From a virus (lineage: Duplodnaviria > Caudoviricetes), in the IMG/VR virus record IMGVR_UViG_3300035424_000154, positions 23,116 through 87,115 of that record: DNA of 64,000 nucleotides; one strand, written 5' to 3'. Position 1 is the stretch's first letter, and each line of letters opens with the position of its first letter. A model generated the notes under the pieces. The model was not told the DNA's origin and searched no databases. It saw only the letters and a program-made list of their open reading frames with translations. The position numbers and the translations under genes are program-made. This document shows positions 15,667-24,886 of the stretch, one piece after another.

Positions 15667-16644
15667 ATGATGACGACAATAACGGGAATTGGGGAGGTGG
15701 GTGTTTTGCATAGTCGAGAGCAATTAGAAGAAATGCAGCGCCTACCTCTTTCCCGTAAAATCCAGATCACCACGGCCAGAATTATTGAGTGGTACCAACA
15801 CTACGATGGCAAGGTTTATGTGGCTTTTTCTGGCGGCAAGGACTCAACAGTTCTCCTTGATATTGTACGGCGCATCTATCCTGATGTGCCAGCAGTATTT
15901 TCGGACACTGGATTGGAGTTTCCAGAAGTTAGAGCATTTGCCAGGAGTTGCGAAAATGTCACCATTATCAAACCTGAGATGAATTTCCGGCAGGTCATTG
16001 AGAAGTACGGATACCCTGTTGTTTCTAAACGTGTGGCTGACGCCGTGAAATACGGTCATAAGCCAGGGTCTTTTCGCTGGAAGGAGCTACATGGCGAAAT
16101 TATGCGGAGCAACGGGACTCCTTCAGAGTTCAACTGTGAGAAATGGTGCTATCTGCTCAACGCACCCTTTAAGGTGTCTGCTCGGTGTTGTGCCGTCATG
16201 AAAAAGCGGCCTATGAAGAAATATTCCAAAGAAACCGGGCGAGTGCCTATCATTGCGACAATGGCAGACGAAAGCCGATCCCGTCGTGCTACTTGGTTGC
16301 GTTTGGGGTGTAACGCTTTTGCTGCCAAAAAGCCCAGCTCTCAACCTATGTCATTCTGGACTGAGGACGATGTACTTGAATATCTCTATACCTACAAAAT
16401 TCCCTATGCCTCGGTTTATGGCGAGATCGTCAAGACTGACGGGGGGGGGTGGACAACAACCGGAGAAAAACGTACTGGTTGTGTCTTTTGTGCCTTTGGT
16501 GCTCATTTGGAAAAGGCTCCAAACCGTTTCCAGCGACTAAAGGTTACTCACCCGAAACTCTGGAATTATTGTATGAAGCCATGGGAAGAACATGGCTTGG
16601 GTATGCGGCGAGTGCTTGAGTACATTGGAGTCCCAATAGAATAA
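15667..16644 (+). CDS. PAPS-reductase-family (PP-loop) protein
   Basis: VAFSGGKDSTVL, FSDTGLEFPE, CC pair, RTGCVFC. Confidence 0.85.
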   Translation: MMTTITGIGEVGVLHSREQLEEMQRLPLSRKIQITTARIIEWYQHYDGKVYVAFSGGKDSTVLLDIVRRIYPDVPAVFSDTGLEFPEVRAFARSCENVTIIKPEMNFRQVIEKYGYPVVSKRVADAVKYGHKPGSFRWKELHGEIMRSNGTPSEFNCEKWCYLLNAPFKVSARCCAVMKKRPMKKYSKETGRVPIIATMADESRSRRATWLRLGCNAFAAKKPSSQPMSFWTEDDVLEYLYTYKIPYASVYGEIVKTDGGGWTTTGEKRTGCVFCAFGAHLEKAPNRFQRLKVTHPKLWNYCMKPWEEHGLGMRRVLEYIGVPIE

Positions 16645-16669
16645 GCCTTTAATAAGGAGGAAGAAAAAC

Positions 16670-17224
16670 ATGAATAAATCATCTATCAACTGGAAAGCGA
16701 TTGCCATTGCTGCGGCTGGCGTTATCGCGGTCATCCTGCTTGCTGTGTTTTGTGTACAAGGCGCTCAAAATACGGCCTACTCTCTGGAAGAGCAGGTGAA
16801 TACTGCATCTTCGGATATTAAGGTGCAGGAGAAACGCCGGGTCGATCTGGTTTACAACCTTGCCGATTGTGTAAAGCAGTACGATAAGCATGAAGCCGAC
16901 ACCCTTACGGCTATCGTTGAGGGGCGTGGCTCTGCTGGTGACATCGAGAATGTCACCACGGCCATTGTTGCTGTATCTGAGGCGTATCCTGAACTGAAGT
17001 CAAACGAGAATTATAAGGAGCTGATGAACGAGCTTGCCATCACCGAAAACCTGATTGCTGAGTATCGCTCCAATTATAACAAGCAGGTAAAAGAATACAA
17101 CAGGTATGTTCGCAAGTTCCCGACTCGCTGGTTCCTTGATATCCTTGGTTATGACGTAGCGGATTTTGCCTACCTTGACTACAACGCTCCGGTGGATGCC
17201 CCTCAGAATCTATTTGGTGACTGA
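16670..17224 (+). CDS. lemA: LemA family protein
   Basis: N-terminal TM, KRRVDLVYNL, EAYPELKSNENY, ENLIAEYRSNYN, RKFP. Confidence 0.85.
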   Translation: MNKSSINWKAIAIAAAGVIAVILLAVFCVQGAQNTAYSLEEQVNTASSDIKVQEKRRVDLVYNLADCVKQYDKHEADTLTAIVEGRGSAGDIENVTTAIVAVSEAYPELKSNENYKELMNELAITENLIAEYRSNYNKQVKEYNRYVRKFPTRWFLDILGYDVADFAYLDYNAPVDAPQNLFGD

Positions 17225-17227
17225 TAT

Positions 17228-17998
17228 ATGAGGCGACGCAGACGAGATGGTGTCCTATTCGATTTTGGATGTTTTGAGATAACCAAAAGAGAGGTTATGG
17301 CAAGCATTTCAATCATAGCTGTCATGCTGCTTATCGGTGTTCTGATTGGAGGAAAAGTTTCTGATTATCAGATGGACACGAACGAGAAGTACAATAAGGC
17401 AGTGAAAATTGAAACATCTGAACTTTTCGAGTATGGGATGCGAACGGACATCGGTAACGCATTTGTCTACGGGGATTTATTGGCAGTTGATACTGTCACT
17501 TACCCAGAGATTGGCGGAGCGTATATGTATGTCGAAAAGGTAGAAGAGCATTACAATAAGCACACCAGACAAGTTGCGCATACGCGAACTGTAAATGGAA
17601 AATCCCAGACCTATTACACCACGGAAACCTATTGGACGTGGGATTATGCCAGAAGTGACAGCCTAACTTGTAAAGAGATCTCGTTTTTGGGTGTTGTGTT
17701 TGACACAAATAAAATCAACATCCCAGGCGATCACTACATTGACACAATCAAAGAATCCAGTCGTGTTCGGTATAAGTATTATGGTGTTGAAACATATTTC
17801 ACGGGAACTATTTTCACTGAACTCCGTGGCGGAACAATCTCAGATGATACCCCGTTTTATGAGAATCAGACCATAGATACAGTGGTGAAGCATCTCGAAT
17901 CCGGTGCGCTATTGGTTGTCTTTTGGGTCTTTTGGTTTTTCTTAATCGCCGTCTGTCTTTGTGGATTTTTCTACATGGATAACCGATGGTTGGAGTAA
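17228..17998 (+). CDS. Membrane protein with two TM segments
   Basis: Hydrophobic stretches near both ends; follows lemA. Confidence 0.65.
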   Translation: MRRRRRDGVLFDFGCFEITKREVMASISIIAVMLLIGVLIGGKVSDYQMDTNEKYNKAVKIETSELFEYGMRTDIGNAFVYGDLLAVDTVTYPEIGGAYMYVEKVEEHYNKHTRQVAHTRTVNGKSQTYYTTETYWTWDYARSDSLTCKEISFLGVVFDTNKINIPGDHYIDTIKESSRVRYKYYGVETYFTGTIFTELRGGTISDDTPFYENQTIDTVVKHLESGALLVVFWVFWFFLIAVCLCGFFYMDNRWLE

Positions 17999-18065
17999 CA
18001 GATGATATCTTGGTTAGCAGATCCAAGTTTGCATCTGTATTTATAGCAGAAAGGAGGTGTTGGTA

Positions 18066-18155
18066 ATGAGAGACAAACCCCTGGTCTGCGCGACCCTCAC
18101 CACTATCAGCAAGTATTTCAAAAGCACTCAAACCAATAACAACGAAAGGGGATAA
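18066..18155 (+). CDS. Putative 29-aa peptide MRDKPLVC...
   Basis: AAGGAGG at 18051-57, 8 nt before ATG. Confidence 0.35.
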   Translation: MRDKPLVCATLTTISKYFKSTQTNNNERG

Positions 18156-18273
18156 TACCAATCCTGGTAAACCAGGTTCGTATGAGATTGGTAAGCATAC
18201 GGTAAAGCTGCCTGTTGCAGCGTGAAAGTCTTTGGGCGAGTAGCATGGGAGGATTAGGCAGCTGGCCTCAGCC

Positions 18274-19104
18274 ATGATGGTTGTGGTCGGTATGAAGCAC
18301 ATCGTTTGTTTTTCTGGCGGTCATTCATCTGCGATTGCCGCCGTGGAAGTAGTCAGAAAGTACGGGGCAGAGAACACGATTTTACTCAATCATGATCTTT
18401 GTCCCCGTACCGAAGACAAAGACATCAAGCGTTTCAAAAATGAGGTTGCGGATTATCTGGGCGTTCCTATCACATACGCCAATATGCCCGGATGGGAAAC
18501 CAAAGATCAGTTTGATGTGTGCATGGAGATCAAAGCGTTCAAGTGCGGCGCACAGTCTACCGCTCTCTGCACCAATAGGCTGAAAACTGAGCCATTCCAT
18601 AAATGGCTTGCTGAGCATTATCCCGCAAATCCTCCAGAAATCCGAGACGACATTTCCTTGGTATACGGTTTTGATGCCAATGAGCAGCACCGCATCCGGC
18701 GTAGAGTCGGCATCATGGCTGCTATGGGTTATCAGACTGAGTATCCGTTGACTTGGGAAACGAGAACGATCTATGAGATTGAAGAGGTTGGGATTGATCG
18801 TCCAAAACCTTACAGCATTTTCAACCATGCAAATTGTACCGGTTGCCTAAAAGCTGGTAAACAACACTGGTTTATTGTGTATTGCCTCTACCCTGAGATA
18901 TGGGCAAAGGCAAAGCAAGCTGAGGATGCAATCGGGTACAGTATTCTAAAGCAAGGTTTTCTTTCAGAATTTGAGGCGGAATTTGCCAAGCTCAAAGAAA
19001 AGGCGTTGCCGCCCACTGAAAAAACCAAACCTCAAAAATTCTGGGCAGTCGCACGGAAGCTCATTAAAGATGATGATAACCTACCGTGTGAGTGCTCATT
19101 CTGA
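18274..19104 (+). CDS. Second PP-loop / PAPS-reductase-like protein with Cys cluster
   Basis: CFSGGHSSA, CTNRLK, HANCTGCLKAG, C-terminal PCECSF. Confidence 0.7.
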   Translation: MMVVVGMKHIVCFSGGHSSAIAAVEVVRKYGAENTILLNHDLCPRTEDKDIKRFKNEVADYLGVPITYANMPGWETKDQFDVCMEIKAFKCGAQSTALCTNRLKTEPFHKWLAEHYPANPPEIRDDISLVYGFDANEQHRIRRRVGIMAAMGYQTEYPLTWETRTIYEIEEVGIDRPKPYSIFNHANCTGCLKAGKQHWFIVYCLYPEIWAKAKQAEDAIGYSILKQGFLSEFEAEFAKLKEKALPPTEKTKPQKFWAVARKLIKDDDNLPCECSF

Positions 19105-19117
19105 AGGAGTGATTACG

Positions 19118-19675
19118 ATGAAAGTTCTTGTGATCGTAGATATGCAGAACGATTTCATTGATGGTGCCCTTGGGACGCCGGCAGCACAGGCTATTGTTGA
19201 TAACGTCGTTAAGAAAATCGACCAGTTTGATGGCGACGCAATCTACATTACCAAGGATACGCACCAGCGCAATTATCTGGAGACTCAGGAGGGCAAGTTG
19301 CTCCCTGTTGAGCACTGTATTGAGGAGACGGCGGGATGGAGACTCCACGATGCTGTGGCTACGGCTGTCAGCCATGCGGCTATTGACTTTCACAAAGGTG
19401 TGTCGGTATTCCAGAAGGACACTTTCGCCTCTGTTGATCTGGGCGAGTGCCTGGATACTCTTTCTCAGCGGCAGCGTGTAGATGAGGTGGTTGTGATTGG
19501 CCTCTGCACCGATATCTGTGTTATTTCCAACGCTTTGCTTATCAAAGCGTTTCTGCCAGAGGTGAAGATCACTGTTGATGCTGCCTGCTGTGCTGGTGTA
19601 ACCCCTGAAAGCCATGCCAATGCTTTGGTCGCTATGAAGGTGTGCCAGATCAATGTGGAGAACTGGGAGGGCTGA
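19118..19675 (+). CDS. pncA: Nicotinamidase / isochorismatase family
   Basis: VIVDMQNDFIDGALG, TKDTH, HC, KDTF, GLCTDICV. Confidence 0.85.
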   Translation: MKVLVIVDMQNDFIDGALGTPAAQAIVDNVVKKIDQFDGDAIYITKDTHQRNYLETQEGKLLPVEHCIEETAGWRLHDAVATAVSHAAIDFHKGVSVFQKDTFASVDLGECLDTLSQRQRVDEVVVIGLCTDICVISNALLIKAFLPEVKITVDAACCAGVTPESHANALVAMKVCQINVENWEG

Positions 19676-19676
19676 G

Positions 19677-20471
19677 ATGTTTACGGTAAATGGTGAAAAG
19701 CTCTCCCCTACATCCTTCCCAGACAAAACCTGCTCTTTGCGGCTTTACGCAAGAGACGACGCTTACAAGATTGACTGGAAGTATGATGGCGACCACGAGT
19801 GTATGTTGCTTTGGAACCTTGTTCATCATATCCGGGCCAACAATGGGGAGAATACTCCAATCGGGCTGTATATGCCATATGTGCCCAATGCGCGTATGGA
19901 TCGTGTGAAAAACTGCGATGAGGTTTTCACCCTCAAATGGTTTGCGGAGTTTATCAACAGCCTGCATTTCTCCTATGTCCAAGTATTTGATCCCCATTCT
20001 AATGTCTCTGAGGCTTTGATTAACCATGTCGAGACTATTGCAGCCCATGACTGTATTGAGTCGGTGATCGACGAACTGAACGGCAAGCGCAACATGAATG
20101 TTTTGCTGTGCTACCCCGACGAGGGTGCAGCCAAGCGGTACTCTGCTATGTTCCAGATGGACTATGTGTTCTGTATCAAGCACCGCGATTGGCGTACCGG
20201 CAAAATTGAGCGTTTGGAGCTGACTGACTCATGGAAGGTTGTTGGGCAGAACGTTTTGATCGTAGATGATATTTGCTCTCGTGGCGGTACGTTCACCCAT
20301 ACCGCTAAGGCTTTGAAAGAGGCTGGGGCAAAAGAAATCTTCCTTTATGTCAGCCATTGTGAAAACACCATTTTGCAAGGTGATGTGCTGACAGACGGCA
20401 TGATCTCCCGCGTGTTCACTACCAGTAGTATCCTTCGCGCTTCCCATGAAAAAATCTCCATCATTGACTGA
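19677..20471 (+). CDS. prs: Ribose-phosphate pyrophosphokinase-like (Prs/Adps-like)
   Basis: SFPDKT, MPYVPNARMDR, FDPHS, PDEGAAKRY, IVDDICSRGGTF. Confidence 0.85.
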   Translation: MFTVNGEKLSPTSFPDKTCSLRLYARDDAYKIDWKYDGDHECMLLWNLVHHIRANNGENTPIGLYMPYVPNARMDRVKNCDEVFTLKWFAEFINSLHFSYVQVFDPHSNVSEALINHVETIAAHDCIESVIDELNGKRNMNVLLCYPDEGAAKRYSAMFQMDYVFCIKHRDWRTGKIERLELTDSWKVVGQNVLIVDDICSRGGTFTHTAKALKEAGAKEIFLYVSHCENTILQGDVLTDGMISRVFTTSSILRASHEKISIID

Positions 20472-20487
20472 AAGAGGGTATCAAACA

Positions 20488-21984
20488 ATGATTTCATACA
20501 ATCCTTTGCTGTGCCTGGACTTCTATAAGACAGCGCACGCGGAGCAGTATCCTGAAACGCTGACCAAAATGGTATCCTACTACACGCCCCGTATGACCCG
20601 CCTGCCTGACGTGAATAAGATCACGATGTTTGGTTTGCAGGCGTTTATTCAGGAATACCTGATTGAGGCGTTCAACACCTACTTTTTCAACCGTCCTCTC
20701 GGCGAGGTTATGAAAGAGTACGTTCGGATTCTGGGCTGTACCATTGGCACAGTTGGTGTTGGCTATGGTCGTGTGAAAGCGCTTCACGAGTTGGGCTACC
20801 TGCCCCTTATGATTCGTGCTGTGCCGGAGGGTACTCGCACCGACATCCATGTCCCGCAAATCGAAATCTCGAATACCAACCCCCACTTTGTCTGGTTGGT
20901 CAACAGCATTGAAACTATGCTGTCCTGCTCCATGTGGCACACTCAGATCTCAGCTGAGGTGGGATACCGTTATCGGCAGATTGTCAACGAGTTTGCTGAT
21001 ATCACCTGCGACGACAGCGTGGTGCGGGCAAAGCTCCTGGGCGACTTTTCTATGCGTGGTCAGGAAAGTGTTGAGAGCGCCACCAAGAGTTCTGCTGCAT
21101 TCTGCCTGAGCTTTTTGAATACGGCCACTGTGCCGGCCATCCTCTGGCTGGAAAAGAATTATGCCTGCCGTGTTGAGAATGAGCCTGTGGCTTACGGTGC
21201 TCTGTCCACTGAGCATAGTGTCATGTGTTCCAACTACGCTGTGGACGGTGATGAGGTAACACACATCAAGCGTCTGTTGAAAGAGGTTTATCCGCACCAG
21301 AACTTCTCTATGGTCAGTGACAGCTATGACTACTGGAACCTGGTAGACAATATTCTTCCTCAGATCAAGGACGACGTTCTGGCACATGATGGGTGTCTCG
21401 CCGTTCGTGGAGATAGTGGCGACCCCGTAGAGGTCGTAACTAAGACCGTGTTCAAACTGTGGGATATCTTTGGCGGCACTGTAAACAGCAAGGGCTACAA
21501 AGTTCTTGATCCGCACGTTAAGGCACTCTATGGTGATAGTATTACTCCACAGCGCTGCGAGGCGATCTATCAGATTCTCATGGAGCGTGGGTTCGCTATC
21601 GACAACGTCTCGTTGGGTGTTGGTTCCTTCTCCATGCAGTGTCTGGAGACAACGGACGGTAATAGCAAGGCTTATGCGCCTTATACCCGTGATACCTTTG
21701 GCATCGCTGTCAAGGCTACTTATGCTGAGGATTATAAGGGCAAGCCCATTATGATTTACAAGAATCCCAAGACCGATAGCAGTCATTTTAAGAAGTCCCA
21801 GCGTGGGTGTTGCCGTGTTATATATGACTTCCACAGCGACACCTATCAGTACCAAGATGGTTTGACATGGGCGCAGGCTAATATGCCTGGAAACTGGCTG
21901 GTCCCCGTGTTCAAAAACGGCCAGATGCTCCGTGTTTTTACCTTGGGCGAGGTACGCAAAAATCTCCATGGAGGTGAGTTTTAA
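20488..21984 (+). CDS. Nicotinamide/nicotinate phosphoribosyltransferase (NAMPT/Namat-like)
   Basis: LDFYK..H..QYP, DFSMRG, STEHSVM, SMVSDSYD, RGDSGDP, LYGDSIT, GVGSFS, KKSQRG. Confidence 0.9.
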   Translation: MISYNPLLCLDFYKTAHAEQYPETLTKMVSYYTPRMTRLPDVNKITMFGLQAFIQEYLIEAFNTYFFNRPLGEVMKEYVRILGCTIGTVGVGYGRVKALHELGYLPLMIRAVPEGTRTDIHVPQIEISNTNPHFVWLVNSIETMLSCSMWHTQISAEVGYRYRQIVNEFADITCDDSVVRAKLLGDFSMRGQESVESATKSSAAFCLSFLNTATVPAILWLEKNYACRVENEPVAYGALSTEHSVMCSNYAVDGDEVTHIKRLLKEVYPHQNFSMVSDSYDYWNLVDNILPQIKDDVLAHDGCLAVRGDSGDPVEVVTKTVFKLWDIFGGTVNSKGYKVLDPHVKALYGDSITPQRCEAIYQILMERGFAIDNVSLGVGSFSMQCLETTDGNSKAYAPYTRDTFGIAVKATYAEDYKGKPIMIYKNPKTDSSHFKKSQRGCCRVIYDFHSDTYQYQDGLTWAQANMPGNWLVPVFKNGQMLRVFTLGEVRKNLHGGEF

Positions 21985-22718
21985 TGTTGTCCGATCCGAA
22001 GCGAACCAAGGATGAGATTGTCAAGTGGATTCGTGACTATTTCAATGTGAACGGCCCCAACTGTGACGCTGTGATTGGCATTTCTGGTGGCAAAGATTCG
22101 AGTGTCGTCGCTGCTCTCTGTGTTGAAGCTCTAGGGAAGGAAAGAGTAGTTGGCGTCCTTATGCCGTGTGGGGAGCAGGCTGATATCGAGGACAGTAAAC
22201 GGATCGTGGAGCATCTTGGTATCCGGTCGTATCTGGTAAATATCCAGAGTCCTGTTGACTCCATTTTGTTCAGACTCCGTATTAAAATGGACGTTAGTGA
22301 GCAGACAAAAACGAACCTGCCTGCTCGTATCCGCATGGCTACACTCTATGCTGTTGCTCAGTCTCTTTCTAATGGTGGGCGGGTAGCTAATACCTGTAAT
22401 CGCTCTGAAGACTTTGTGGGGTACTCTACGAAATTTGGTGACAGCGCCGGAGATTTCAGCCCTCTTGCTAATCTTATGGTGCATGAAGTGATCCAAATTG
22501 GCTATGAGCTGGGGATTCCTGTTGACTTGGTGGATAAGGTTCCGTCTGACGGCCTGTGCGGTAAGACAGATGAAGATAACCTTGGCTTTACCTATGCCCA
22601 GCTTGATAATTATATCAGCAAAGGTACGTCCGGTTCTATGGATATCGACAAGAGAATTTCCGACCTACACGCCCACAACCTTCACAAGCTCACTCCTATG
22701 CCTATGTACTGTTTTTGA
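21984..22718 (+). CDS. nadE: NH3-dependent NAD+ synthetase
   Basis: GISGGKDS, NLPARIRM, TCNRSE..VGYSTKFGD, PSDGL, TDEDNLGFTY. Confidence 0.93.
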   Translation: MLSDPKRTKDEIVKWIRDYFNVNGPNCDAVIGISGGKDSSVVAALCVEALGKERVVGVLMPCGEQADIEDSKRIVEHLGIRSYLVNIQSPVDSILFRLRIKMDVSEQTKTNLPARIRMATLYAVAQSLSNGGRVANTCNRSEDFVGYSTKFGDSAGDFSPLANLMVHEVIQIGYELGIPVDLVDKVPSDGLCGKTDEDNLGFTYAQLDNYISKGTSGSMDIDKRISDLHAHNLHKLTPMPMYCF

Positions 22719-22728
22719 GGTAAATTCA

Positions 22729-23499
22729 ATGGTTACACAATCGAATAATTGTATACATGATGACTGTGTACATTGTAAAGATGGTAGTTGTAATTGTTTA
22801 TCAGATGGTACATTCTTCGGAGATAATTGTCCTCTTTATCGAAGGTTTTATTTGAACAAAGTTGAAATCTGTGATGCAATGGAAGCTCTTGATCGGATTA
22901 AAGGAGTCGCGGATCTACTTGTAACAGATCCACCATATAAAACAATTACGGGTGGGGACTCTGATGGTAAAAACTCTGTTCGTCCAAAGGGGATGTTGGG
23001 CGGGAACCGAAAACTGTTTGATTATCAAACAGAATTAAAACCATCTGATTGGATGTCAAAGGTATACGCTGCGTTAAAAGACAACACTCAAGCGTACATA
23101 TTTACTAATGTACTCAATTTGGAGGAGATGCTGGCAGCAGCAAGAAGCGTAGGATTTAAGCTACACAATGTTTTGGTCTGGGAAAAGAATAACTGTACTC
23201 CTTCACAATACTACATGAAGAACTGTGAGTATATTCTCTTCCTTCGTAAAGGTAAAGCAAAATACGTCAATAACATTGGAGCGAGCAAAACAGTTCACCA
23301 ATTTGCGAATGTTCGAGGGAAGCGTCATCCGTGTGAAAAGCCAGTTGATTTATTGCGATTCTATATTGAAAATTCAAGTATCCCTGGTGATATCGTGTTA
23401 GATCCCTTTGCAGGATGTGGAAGCACTATGGAAGCGGCATTATCGTGTGGTCGAGATTTTGTGGGGTTTGAAATCAATCCTCAATGGAGGGCAAATTAA
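22729..23499 (+). CDS. N4/N6 DNA methyltransferase (beta class)
   Basis: TDPPY motif IV, HPCEKP, VLDPFAGCGST motif I. Confidence 0.88.
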   Translation: MVTQSNNCIHDDCVHCKDGSCNCLSDGTFFGDNCPLYRRFYLNKVEICDAMEALDRIKGVADLLVTDPPYKTITGGDSDGKNSVRPKGMLGGNRKLFDYQTELKPSDWMSKVYAALKDNTQAYIFTNVLNLEEMLAAARSVGFKLHNVLVWEKNNCTPSQYYMKNCEYILFLRKGKAKYVNNIGASKTVHQFANVRGKRHPCEKPVDLLRFYIENSSIPGDIVLDPFAGCGSTMEAALSCGRDFVGFEINPQWRAN

Positions 23500-23501
23500 G
23501 T

Positions 23502-23648
23502 ATGGAAGAGGACAAAGTTTGTTTTAACTGTGCCTTTTGTAGTGAAAGCTATCCAAGTTTTGTGGATACTTGCGATGTTGATGATCATGTAGTCCGTGAT
23601 GTATGTCATGAAACTTGTGAGAACTTTCTAAGGTTGGATGAGGAGTGA
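23502..23648 (+). CDS. Small Cys-rich protein (48 aa)
   Basis: GGAGG RBS; CFNCAFC...C..C; translated by hand. Confidence 0.5.
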   Translation: MEEDKVCFNCAFCSESYPSFVDTCDVDDHVVRDVCHETCENFLRLDEE

Positions 23649-23857
23649 TTGGTCAGGGTAATCCAGTCAATGTTGGTTCTGGCTTTTCAGATGAGCAACG
23701 TGTAAAATTTTGGAAACATCGGGACGAGCTGATTGGAGTTCTTTGTGAAGTTAAGTATAAAGAGATTTCCAGTGATAAGAAAACCAAAGCTCATAGCTTA
23801 CGATTTCCAACCTTTGAGACGTTACGAACTGATAAGAAGGATGTCAGCTATGGATAA
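23645..23857 (+). pseudogene. Remnant: OB-fold C-terminus of an ATP-dependent DNA ligase
   Basis: VNVGSGFSDEQR...EVKY...SLRFPTF...RTDK with no adenylation domain (KxDG) upstream. Confidence 0.75.
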
Positions 23858-23886
23858 GGGGTAAGAGCAGAATAAAAAATCACATT

Positions 23887-23903
23887 GAAGCAAAAATACA
23901 TAG
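23887..23903 (+). promoter_or_regulatory. Element-wide intergenic motif, copy 5 (abuts -35)
   Basis: GAAGCAAAAATACATAG immediately followed by TTGACA. Confidence 0.75.
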
Positions 23904-23932
23904 TTGACAGTGTGAAAATAGTGTGATACAAT
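23904..23932 (+). promoter_or_regulatory. Sigma-A promoter with extended -10
   Basis: TTGACA(23904-09)-17 bp-TG.TACAAT(23927-32). Confidence 0.8.
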
Positions 23933-23982
23933 AAAGGGGAAGTGAGGGATGCTCACATTGCTCCCTCACATCTCTCCCCAAA

Positions 23983-23999
23983 GAAACAAAAATACATAG
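23983..23999 (+). promoter_or_regulatory. Element-wide intergenic motif, copy 6
   Basis: GAAACAAAAATACATAG before AGGAGG. Confidence 0.75.
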
Positions 24000-24016
24000 T
24001 TCAGGAGGAGTTACCA

Positions 24017-24703
24017 TTGAATTATCAGACTGCCCTTTTCTGCGAGTTTGATAAGTACGCCGCAGAAAGCTATTGCGCAGTTCATGGCGTTGATCCGAGT
24101 CTTAACATCGGCGATATAACCCAGGCCGATGAGACGGTTGTCCCTGATTTCAACGTTATGTTCGGTGGGAGTCCGTGTCAGGACTTTAGCATAGCGGGCA
24201 AACAGGGGGGGGCTGCATGGAGCTGTAAAGACTGCGGTCATATTTACAACCCCTTAGAGGCTCGCTACGATCAGCGCGATTGCTGTCCCAAGTGTGGTTC
24301 AACCACTATTGAGAAGACCCGATCTTCCCTACTTGTTGAGTGGCTACGTTTTCTCAGAGAAAAGGAACCTCGCTTCGCTATTTACGAGAATGTCAAAAAC
24401 ATCACTGGCTCGCGTTTCCGCTCTACTTTCGACCTCTTTGTCAAAGAGCTGGAGGACTACGGTTACAACGTCTATTGGAAGGTTCTGAACGCGAAAAACT
24501 ATGGTATCCCTCAGAACCGTGAGCGTGTCTATTGTGTCATTATCCGCAAGGACATGGACAACGGGAACTTCAAGTTCCCCGCTCCGATTCCGCTGAAAAA
24601 AGCACTGGTGGATATGCTTGATGACAAGGTTGACGAACGCTACTACCTGTCCGACGATAAGGTAGCTGCCATGATCACCCCCCCCACTCAAACAGATCAG
24701 TAA
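24017..24703 (+). CDS. C5-cytosine methyltransferase, N-module (motifs II-VIII, no motif I)
   Basis: AGGAGG plus TTG; EFDKYA, GDIT, GGSPCQDFS, ENVKN, PQNRERV; Zn-ribbon insert CKDC..CPKC; ends after C8 tract 24678-85. Confidence 0.85.
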   Translation: MNYQTALFCEFDKYAAESYCAVHGVDPSLNIGDITQADETVVPDFNVMFGGSPCQDFSIAGKQGGAAWSCKDCGHIYNPLEARYDQRDCCPKCGSTTIEKTRSSLLVEWLRFLREKEPRFAIYENVKNITGSRFRSTFDLFVKELEDYGYNVYWKVLNAKNYGIPQNRERVYCVIIRKDMDNGNFKFPAPIPLKKALVDMLDDKVDERYYLSDDKVAAMITPPTQTDQ

Positions 24704-24886
24704 CACAGTCCGTACCAGCGGAAGAGGCTCTACAGACCGTCACTGCTGGGACTTGCTCACTTGTCGGCGTGAAGCTGAGCAAGAAAGGCACTCAGTTTGA
24801 AGGATACTGTGATACAGCCTTGACCTTGCTGGCCCGTGATTACAAAGGCTTTGGAAATCAGCAAATGACAGGAGTGGTTGAGAGAA

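Noticed and set aside
20950-21969. 339-aa minus-strand ORF and similar long antisense ORFs (2497-3294, 33616-34416, 41193-42290)
   Set aside because: Shadows of well-supported plus-strand genes
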